From a virus, in the IMG/VR virus record IMGVR_UViG_3300045988_026391, positions 1-37,548 of that record: DNA of 37,548 nt; one strand, given 5' to 3'. A program made the position numbers and the translations under genes. The notes below the pieces were generated by a model. It worked only from the letters and a program-made list of their open reading frames with translations, did not search any database and was not told where the DNA came from. Shown here one piece after another: positions 30,239 to 37,548 of this stretch; positions within the stretch are counted from its first letter, which is position 1; each line of letters begins with the position of its first letter.

Positions 30239-32454
30239 TGGCTGATTATACATTAAGTGCCAAAGTAACTGCGGACATCAGTTCGCTAGAAAAATCGTTT
30301 CAGAGCGCTCAAGACAAAGCAAAAAGTTTGCAAAAAAGTCTCGATAGCCTAGATTCTGGTAGCGGTTTTAAAAACCTAGGGTCTAGTCTGGATAATGTCG
30401 GTTCAAAAATATCAAGTGTCGGCGACAGCATTAGTAAAGTTTCTGACAAAGCAAAATCAGTCGGAGACTCAATGACGGGTATGTTTACAGCTCCAATTGT
30501 GGCTGGACTTACTTCCGTTGTTTCCGCAGCAGCTGACATTGAACAGTCAATTGGCGGTGTAGAAACATTGTTTAAAGATAGCGCCGGAGACGTTGTAATG
30601 AATGCGACTCAAGCATTTGCCACAGTAGGGATTAGCGCTAACGAATACATGGAACAAGTTACTTCATTCTCTGCTAGCTTGTTGCAATCGCTAGGTGGAG
30701 ATACTGCCAAGGCTGCTTCCTACGCAGACAGAGCGATGAAGGACATGTCCGACAACGCCAATAAATTCGGTACAGATATCGAAAATATTCAAAATGCTTA
30801 CCAAGGGTTTGCAAAGCAAAATTATACCATGCTCGATAACTTAAAACTTGGATATGGTGGTACTAAAGAAGAGATGCAACGGCTTATTGCTGACGCAAGC
30901 AAGATGACAGATGTCCAAGAACAACTCGGTGTGACCGTTGACAGTAGTAGTATGTCATTCGGAAATATTGTTAACGCTATTTCTGTGATGCAACAAAGCC
31001 TTGGTGTTACAGGAACAACCGCTAAAGAAGCTTCCACTACTGTATGGGGTTCGTTTAATCAAATGAAAGCTTCGGCCATTGACTTTGCGGCGAGTCTAGG
31101 CCAAGGAGACGCAGCTATCGAAGTAACATTTGATAATATGTATCAAAGCGCTGTTGCTTTTGCAACTAACGTAAAAGGTGTTTTGAAAAATGTTTGGGAT
31201 AATCTACCGTTGACAGATTTTCAAAAGACGCTTATTGCAACGGTGGCAGTAGCTGGACCAGTATTGTCTATACTTGGTAGAATTGGGAGCGCCATTGGTG
31301 GAATGGCAAGTGGTATAGGTGCTCTCACTAAAGGTTTTGGTAAATTGGCAACTTGGTTTGGGACTCTAGTAACTAACGCTGGTGGTTTGCTACCTTTGTT
31401 ATCAGGGTTGATTACTCCATTATTAATCATTGGTGGTGTAGCAGTCGGAGTCGTTGCTCTAGTCACTGCGTTCCAAAATCTATATAATAGTTCTGAAAGT
31501 TTTAGGACAAGTGTAGACACGTTAGTTTCTACTGTCCAAGAAAAATTCGCTCAAATTCTTGCAGCTATTCAACCAATGATTGGACCTATTCAAGAAGCAT
31601 TCACGGCTATTTGGGAAGCTATTGTGGGCGTATTTGAAACATTGTTGCCTTATATTATTCCAATTATCACAAATATTATTACAATCGTTGCTGACGTTAT
31701 AACGGCTATCATTAATGTCGTTACCCCTATTATCACAATTATCTCTGGTATTATCCAAGCGATGATTGACGTCATTAGCCCGATTATCAACGGTATTGTT
31801 CAAGTATTTGGTGCTGTTATCGAAGGAGTAACTGGATTATGGTCTGCATGGTCTGGCACTGTAGGCGGAATTATCCAAAAAGTCGCAGATAAAGCTCAAG
31901 ACGTAGCTGTAAAAATTAAAGACTTCTTCAAAGGTGCTTTTGATGCAGTAGCTGGCTGGGCTAGCTCTATTTTCGGAGGGATTGCAGATACCATCACGGG
32001 AGCTTTCTCTGGGGCTATGAATGGTGTGAAAGGGATTATTAATACTGTAATTAACGGCATGAATGGCGCCACTGGAATCATGAATAAAATTCCAGGTGTT
32101 AGTATCCCTAAAATTCCAAACTTGCTACATGGTACGGACAACTGGGCTGGTGGGTTCGCTCGTATGAATGAAGGTGGACGTGGTGAATTGACGTACTTAC
32201 CAAGCGGGACGGTTGTTGTGCCTCACGATATTTCAATGAAATACGCTCGAGAAGCTGGGCAAAGTAATAACGTGGTTGCGATTTCTAGCGGAAATGATAC
32301 AAGTACAATTCTTTCAGCTATTAAATCAATTGCAAACCGTCCAACAGTGTTAAATGTCAACGGTCGCAGATTCGCAGTGGCGACGGCTGACGATTACTCG
32401 ACTGTAAACGCAAGAAATGATATGATAGTAAATAGAATGAGCGGAGGACTTTGA
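30238..32454 (+). CDS. Tape measure protein
   Basis: 738 aa. Coiled-coil N-terminus, central G/A/I/V-rich hydrophobic segments, and the conserved block EYMEQVTSFSASLLQSLGG..NAYQGFAKQNYTMLDNLKLGYGGTKEEMQRLI. Confidence 0.9.
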   Translation: MADYTLSAKVTADISSLEKSFQSAQDKAKSLQKSLDSLDSGSGFKNLGSSLDNVGSKISSVGDSISKVSDKAKSVGDSMTGMFTAPIVAGLTSVVSAAADIEQSIGGVETLFKDSAGDVVMNATQAFATVGISANEYMEQVTSFSASLLQSLGGDTAKAASYADRAMKDMSDNANKFGTDIENIQNAYQGFAKQNYTMLDNLKLGYGGTKEEMQRLIADASKMTDVQEQLGVTVDSSSMSFGNIVNAISVMQQSLGVTGTTAKEASTTVWGSFNQMKASAIDFAASLGQGDAAIEVTFDNMYQSAVAFATNVKGVLKNVWDNLPLTDFQKTLIATVAVAGPVLSILGRIGSAIGGMASGIGALTKGFGKLATWFGTLVTNAGGLLPLLSGLITPLLIIGGVAVGVVALVTAFQNLYNSSESFRTSVDTLVSTVQEKFAQILAAIQPMIGPIQEAFTAIWEAIVGVFETLLPYIIPIITNIITIVADVITAIINVVTPIITIISGIIQAMIDVISPIINGIVQVFGAVIEGVTGLWSAWSGTVGGIIQKVADKAQDVAVKIKDFFKGAFDAVAGWASSIFGGIADTITGAFSGAMNGVKGIINTVINGMNGATGIMNKIPGVSIPKIPNLLHGTDNWAGGFARMNEGGRGELTYLPSGTVVVPHDISMKYAREAGQSNNVVAISSGNDTSTILSAIKSIANRPTVLNVNGRRFAVATADDYSTVNARNDMIVNRMSGGL

Positions 32455-32457
32455 TAG

Positions 32458-34758
32458 ATGGTTTTAATGACTTACAATGGCAAAGACTTATCTGAATTAG
32501 TTACAATTCAAGAAGTCTTGCGAAACGTCGGAAATGAGAGGAGTGTCACAACTGACGACTCCCCCTCGCTTGGGGTTAACATTACACAATTGAAAACTTC
32601 AGCGAAGATTATCTCAGTAAGCTTTTACATGAAGAATAAATTTAACAAATATGCTTTGAATCAAGACAAACATACGCTTGCTGGGATTCTAAACGTTGAT
32701 GAACCAGTTAAAATTACATTCGACGACGAACCTGACAAGTATTACATTGGCTACGTACAAGGTCTTCCAGACATTGAAGACCCTATTGCATGGCTATCTG
32801 TTTTAAAAATGGAGCTTATAATTCCAGATGGGGTTGCACACTCGACCACTTATAAAAGTTTTTCGGATTATACGTTCGAAACACCAGACGTAAATATTGA
32901 CAACGGAACGCAGTTACTGAACAATGCAGCTGGACCATTTGAACCTAAAATCACTCACGATGTTAACCCGTCCGACAACTTTGACAATTATGAATATTAT
33001 TATACGACAAATATTCAAATGACTAGAGATAAGACATATGCGTTACAAGCTAAGACTAATGGGGTATTCTCTGGGCATCACGATGTCGAAACGGAAAGCG
33101 ATAGAGTTCTGATTTGGCTAGCTAGATATGAAGGTGGTAAATTGACCGGAGACCACCGAATCATCTCTGATGAGAACACAGGTACGCAAACCAACTTTAA
33201 ATGGAATTTACCGACAGGGAATTATGTTTTGCGTATCAATAGCTATCATAGGACTGATGAATTACTTAAAAAAGCTTGGGACGTTAAAATCGTAGAAACT
33301 GGTGGAACTGTCAATCTAATCAAAATGGATGTTGATAACAAAGGAAACGTTGACGCAAAACCAATCATTACAATTAAGTCAACAGCCGAAAATGGATATT
33401 ATGGAATAGTTAATAAAAATGGTGTTAGCTCTGTCGGGAACCCTGAAGAGAGCGATGGTAAAATTGTAGAAAATCAAGAAGTTGAAATGAACTACAATCT
33501 AAGTTACTGGAAAGGCGCTAACATATTACAAAATCCTAGCGGACCATTTGAACCAAATTCTAATCCAATCAATGACTATAATAATGTCGGAATTTACAAA
33601 GAAACAAAGGTCTATTTAAAAAGTGGGCAATGGTACAGTCTCAAAGCTAGAACTGATGGAAATTTCCATTGGGAGCACAATGGCGGAGTCGAAAGTGATA
33701 AAGTCTTGCTATGGTTCGCGAACGAAAGCGGCACAGTTAATCAAATCGTTTCTGACAGCGCAACAGCCAATGAAAGCAGATTTTTATGGGGCCATGAAGA
33801 TGGGTACTATTACTTACGTGTCAATACTTACCACAAGTACGCAAGTCATAGCGTGAGCGATATCGAAGTTAGAACATTTTTTGGCGATAATAACAAATTC
33901 TTAGAATACGCTTTAAGTGATGCAAGAATCAATCAAGCTGTCGTCAATGACAAAGCGAGCGATTTAACATGGACTAGCTCTTACGTTTTGGGTCTTTGGG
34001 GCAGACAACATCTGGCGCATAAACCATCGAATGAATTATCTACTTATTTTGGTATCAGTTCGTTAACTTACGACGTCACACCAACACAGTACGAATATTT
34101 CTGGTGGAGACAAATTTTCTGGTGCGAGAATCCGAACCATTGTGGAATTTTAAAGATAATTTTTTCAGACGATGATGACAATTGGCTATATATAATTGAA
34201 ACAGATAAGCGCTCAAGTTCTTTTGATTCAAACTTCAATTTGCTTGTCACTGATAACAAAGGTGGATATAAAATGGCAAAAAACTTCAAATTTAATTCAA
34301 TAAACACATTGTCAGAGAACCCATTTTATCAAGATGGCGGTTGGTGTGATGTCATTAGAGAAGATAGCAAAATTCAACTTTATTGGTATGGTTCAAGATA
34401 TACTGTTGAAGTTCCTGAGTTGCACGAACGGAGAACGACAAAAATTCATTTTGTTTGGCAGAGTGTTCGTCAGAAAGATTTTGTAGCATATGCTTATATC
34501 GATGCTTTTAAATATATCAACAATAAAGGGACATTAATTCAAGATGTTCCAAACAGGTATCACGCTGGGACTGAACTGGTGTTAAATAGCGAAAATAAGA
34601 CAATTCAATTAGATAGGATTTATGACATTTCTCAAAAAAATGTAGGAAGCGACTTCATCACAATTCCACCAGGTGAAAGCCAATTGGAATTCTATACTTC
34701 TAGCTGGTCTAACGACTTGCCAGATATCGAAGTCAAATTTGAAGAAAGGTATATATAA
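32458..34758 (+). CDS. Distal tail protein (Dit), extended form with two CBM-like insert modules
   Basis: The N-terminus MTYNGKDLSELVTIQEVLRNVGNERS is typical of siphovirus tail-component (Dit) proteins. At 766 aa it is about three times a minimal Dit. Internal duplicated ~105-aa modules lie at nt ~32920-33250 and ~33530-33840. Confidence 0.75.
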   Translation: MVLMTYNGKDLSELVTIQEVLRNVGNERSVTTDDSPSLGVNITQLKTSAKIISVSFYMKNKFNKYALNQDKHTLAGILNVDEPVKITFDDEPDKYYIGYVQGLPDIEDPIAWLSVLKMELIIPDGVAHSTTYKSFSDYTFETPDVNIDNGTQLLNNAAGPFEPKITHDVNPSDNFDNYEYYYTTNIQMTRDKTYALQAKTNGVFSGHHDVETESDRVLIWLARYEGGKLTGDHRIISDENTGTQTNFKWNLPTGNYVLRINSYHRTDELLKKAWDVKIVETGGTVNLIKMDVDNKGNVDAKPIITIKSTAENGYYGIVNKNGVSSVGNPEESDGKIVENQEVEMNYNLSYWKGANILQNPSGPFEPNSNPINDYNNVGIYKETKVYLKSGQWYSLKARTDGNFHWEHNGGVESDKVLLWFANESGTVNQIVSDSATANESRFLWGHEDGYYYLRVNTYHKYASHSVSDIEVRTFFGDNNKFLEYALSDARINQAVVNDKASDLTWTSSYVLGLWGRQHLAHKPSNELSTYFGISSLTYDVTPTQYEYFWWRQIFWCENPNHCGILKIIFSDDDDNWLYIIETDKRSSSFDSNFNLLVTDNKGGYKMAKNFKFNSINTLSENPFYQDGGWCDVIREDSKIQLYWYGSRYTVEVPELHERRTTKIHFVWQSVRQKDFVAYAYIDAFKYINNKGTLIQDVPNRYHAGTELVLNSENKTIQLDRIYDISQKNVGSDFITIPPGESQLEFYTSSWSNDLPDIEVKFEERYI

Positions 34759-37548
34759 TGCTTTTAAATATCCATAATAAAAACCTTGAAATCATTGGCG
34801 TATTAGACAATGAATCACAAGACGCCATTGGATACAGCGAAGACAAGTGGACAAGAGACCTAGAAACTGGGTCTTCTGTCTACGAGTTTACCGCTTTCAA
34901 TAGAAAATTATCTTATGAAACAGTATATACCAATCCTTTCAACTGTTTAAATGTTGGTAATTATGTTTCATTTAACTATCACGGCGAAGACCATGTTTTT
35001 AAAATTATGTCGGTTGAGAAAACGGGCAAAAATACGTACTGTTATTGTGAGAATCTTAACCTAGAGCTACGAAACGAAATGGTAGGAGCTTACGATTCTG
35101 GTAAAGATGCGTTAACCATCGAAGAACATATCTCAAAGATGGCTTTACTAAACTTCACTAACATGACTATTGGTTTGAATGAGCTGTCAAACGTTGGTAA
35201 AGTTGTTAGTTTTACAAATGAGGAAACAAAGCTTTCCCGCTTGCTAGCACTTTTTAAAGCTTTTGGCGCTGAACATAAATTCACAACTAAATTAAATTCA
35301 AGTGGAAAAGTAAAAGAATTTAGAGTTGACATCTACAAAAAAAGGGGATCTGACGGCACTGGCGGAGTTGGTAGGTTTGTCAAAGACAAGGTTTTGCGAA
35401 AAGGCGAAAACATTAAGTCTTTGAAAGAAAAACAAGATATTCTTGAAATCTTCAATATGACATTGCCGAAAGGTGTCAAAAAAGTCACACGAGTAACCCA
35501 AGACAAAAAACCAACTGTCAACTCTAACGAGGTTGTAGTTAGCTCAAACATGATTAACGCTAACGGTACTCTGTCAATCGAGAATATTCAAACTATTTTA
35601 AAATTGTGTTATGAGTATCGTTTGTTACCGTCTGGTGTTATCTCCCAACTATACCTAGAAAGCTTTTGGGGTAATTCCAATGTTGCTAGAGTAGATAACA
35701 ACTGGTCTGGTATGACATGGACAGGCAATCCAAACAGACCATCTGGCGTAGTTGTTTCGCAAGGTAGTGCACGTCCTTCAAACGAGGGCGGGTATTATAT
35801 GCACTTCGCAAACACGGGCGACTTTTTTAAAGATTATTTCTATCTTCTTGCTAAACAAGGCATTTACAACGTAGCTAACAAGAATAATATTTCAGATTAT
35901 ACCAAAGGTCTATTTAGAGTCGGTGGGGCTACATATGACTATGCTGCAGCTGGTTATGACCACTACAATAGTTTGATGTCAGGCATACGTAATGGGATTA
36001 ATGCAAAAAACGGCAACGTACTAGATACGTATGATAATGATTGGAACAATCCTCGTGTCGTAACATCAACTACAGTAGAGCAAGCTGGCGCACCTAACAC
36101 AAAAAGAGCGCTAGAAGGATTGTCATCACTTGTCGGGAGTACTGTTGGTAATGGGCAGTGTTACGCAGTACCAGCTTGGTTATCTTACAAGCTAGGCGGC
36201 GCTGGGCTAGGCTGTGGACTTGGCAGTTTCTCTGGGTTAGTTGGCTCTGGTATTCGTGCTTGTGACATCGGGACTGACTACAACTGGGGGAACTTCGGAT
36301 GGGGAGTTGCTGGTTCTGGATTCTCTGGGGCAAACATTGTAGCCGGTACTATCTTAAATATTAAACCAAACTATGGTTCGCCTTGGTATACTGGATACTA
36401 TGGGCACACAGTAGTAGTTGAGTCTGTAAACGGCGATACTGTAACCGTCCTTCAACAAAACTACGCAGGCAAGCAATATGTCACACGTGACAAATATAGT
36501 CTTTCTGCTATCATTCCAAGCATCCAAACGTTAGTGCATCCATCAGAACTAGCTAAAGGTGGACGAGTAGATGGCGGTAACGCAGTAGTCAAAGTTGACG
36601 GAGTTGACAGATATGTTAATGTTGATTTGCCTACTGACGTCAAAACTACGGAAGAGACGGAAGAATTTTATATCCCAGAAGACTACGCAAGAGAATGGTA
36701 TGATGAAAACGGTAATTTAGAATTCTACATTAAAAAATCAGAAATTTATGCACCGCAAAGCGCAAATAATTTTCCTATTGCATTCGTTTCAAATGATAAT
36801 AGAGACAGATGGATTCGAAGAGATTTCGAATACGAAGTTGACAGTATTGAAGAACTAATCGAAAAATCTCTCGAAGATTTAAAAAAATCTTGCTATCCAA
36901 CTCTTGACTATGAAGTAGATGGATTCTTTGAGGCCTCGATTGGTGACACTTATCTCATTGAAGATGACGACTTTGAACCAAAGCTGACTATTAAAGCGCG
37001 TGTAATTAATCAAGAAATTTCACATACCCGACCAGAAATTAACAAAACAACACTATCAAATTACATTAAATTAAAATCTGAAGTACCAGATGCCCTCACA
37101 AGTAGACTCCAACAACTGATTGACGCTTCCATACCATACGAAATCAGAGTTACCGCATCAAATGGTACGTCTTTCAAGAATAGCGAAGGTGAAAGCGAAA
37201 TCACAGTAGAGCTTTTAAAATCTGGTATCACTCAAGAAGCTGAATTTTTATTCAAAGATGGGGATTCAATTGTCGGAAAAGGTACAAAATTTCTTGTCAA
37301 ATCATCTGCTTTTGAAGGCTTATTCAATCTGACAATTTCAGCGTACACAGGTAATGAAGAAGTGGCTACAAAACAAGTGTCGTTCACAAACATGGTCGAG
37401 CCGACAAATATAATCATCAAGACGTCAAGCGGAAATATTTTCAAAAATAATCTTATCAACACCACTCTTACAGCTACATTATGGCGAGGTGGCAAAGAGA
37501 TTGATCAAGAAGGCAAAGATTACAGCTATATTTGGACGAAGACAGATG
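34758..37548 (+). CDS. Tail-associated lysin (Tal), 971 aa in total with 56-180: N-terminal tail-endopeptidase-type domain, embedded glucosaminidase-like and CHAP domains, C-terminal Ig-like modules
   Basis: I translated it by hand from ATG 34758 (TAATG overlap with Dit) and found no stop to the window end; it is absent from the track only because it runs off the end. The N-terminus MLLNIHNKNLEIIGVLDNE..YEFTAF is typical of phage minor structural / prophage-tail proteins. QLYLESFWG (Glu301) is glucosaminidase/lysozyme-like. GNGQCY (Cys468) and GHTVVV (His550) indicate CHAP. Confidence 0.85.
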   Translation, partial: MLLNIHNKNLEIIGVLDNESQDAIGYSEDKWTRDLETGSSVYEFTAFNRKLSYETVYTNPFNCLNVGNYVSFNYHGEDHVFKIMSVEKTGKNTYCYCENLNLELRNEMVGAYDSGKDALTIEEHISKMALLNFTNMTIGLNELSNVGKVVSFTNEETKLSRLLALFKAFGAEHKFTTKLNSSGKVKEFRVDIYKKRGSDGTGGVGRFVKDKVLRKGENIKSLKEKQDILEIFNMTLPKGVKKVTRVTQDKKPTVNSNEVVVSSNMINANGTLSIENIQTILKLCYEYRLLPSGVISQLYLESFWGNSNVARVDNNWSGMTWTGNPNRPSGVVVSQGSARPSNEGGYYMHFANTGDFFKDYFYLLAKQGIYNVANKNNISDYTKGLFRVGGATYDYAAAGYDHYNSLMSGIRNGINAKNGNVLDTYDNDWNNPRVVTSTTVEQAGAPNTKRALEGLSSLVGSTVGNGQCYAVPAWLSYKLGGAGLGCGLGSFSGLVGSGIRACDIGTDYNWGNFGWGVAGSGFSGANIVAGTILNIKPNYGSPWYTGYYGHTVVVESVNGDTVTVLQQNYAGKQYVTRDKYSLSAIIPSIQTLVHPSELAKGGRVDGGNAVVKVDGVDRYVNVDLPTDVKTTEETEEFYIPEDYAREWYDENGNLEFYIKKSEIYAPQSANNFPIAFVSNDNRDRWIRRDFEYEVDSIEELIEKSLEDLKKSCYPTLDYEVDGFFEASIGDTYLIEDDDFEPKLTIKARVINQEISHTRPEINKTTLSNYIKLKSEVPDALTSRLQQLIDASIPYEIRVTASNGTSFKNSEGESEITVELLKSGITQEAEFLFKDGDSIVGKGTKFLVKSSAFEGLFNLTISAYTGNEEVATKQVSFTNMVEPTNIIIKTSSGNIFKNNLINTTLTATLWRGGKEIDQEGKDYSYIWTKTD
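37494..37548. repeat. Second copy of the 55-bp terminal overlap
   Basis: Identical to 1-55. Confidence 0.9.

Noticed and set aside
29810-30253. 147-aa minus-strand ORF, and the 61-aa one at 29881-30066
   Set aside because: They are antisense to the gpGT chaperone extension. They have no RBS or promoter, and the + strand reading has strong synteny support.

Overview
The window is a complete, circularly closed genome of a siphovirus-type dsDNA phage. Bases 1-55 are identical to 37494-37548, so the unit length is 37,493 bp. The host is probably a low-GC Gram-positive, Lactobacillales-like bacterium; this is inferred from AAAGGAGG-type ribosome-binding sites, TTGACA/TATAAT promoters and a LysM/GH25 lysin. 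Every credible gene is on the + strand.

Gene order:
- 34758 -> wrap -> 5514: distal tail and adsorption genes (Tal with embedded lysin domains, an Ig-repeat protein, a collagen-motif fibre, a receptor-binding candidate).
- 6081-7763: lysis cassette (two holin-like proteins and a signal-peptide GH25-LysM endolysin).
- 7764-8261: 0.5-kb gene-free iteron/AT-rich region.
- 8262-18477: early and replication block. It holds small unknown genes, an XRE HTH, three HNH homing endonucleases, DUF3310- and DUF1642-like proteins, a RuvC-like resolvase, an SF2 helicase, Erf, SSB, prim-pol and a VirE-type primase/helicase.
- 18478-18907: a second, paralogous iteron/AT-rich region.
- 18908-21529: middle genes, ending in an HTH-metallophosphatase.
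- 21688-34758: packaging, head and tail genes (TerS, TerL, SPP1-type portal, MuF, scaffold, MCP, connectors, MTP, G/GT chaperones with a -1 frameshift, TMP, Dit).

I saw no integrase, repressor or lysogeny module, tRNA, CRISPR array or reverse transcriptase, so the architecture looks virulent.

Items most worth follow-up:
1. The duplicated iteron + AT-rich + 16-mer module that brackets the whole early/replication block.
2. Two promoter -> ~65-nt -> intrinsic-terminator units (candidate sRNAs or antitermination checkpoints), one directly before the late operon.
3. A first-early operon of tiny or acidic proteins followed by an HTH gene, which has an anti-defence-like layout.
4. A family of near-identical consensus promoter cassettes.
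5. Unusual tail-tip proteins: glucosaminidase + CHAP embedded inside Tal, and a Dit with a duplicated CBM-like insertion.

All functional calls rest on motifs read by eye and on synteny. No database search was possible.
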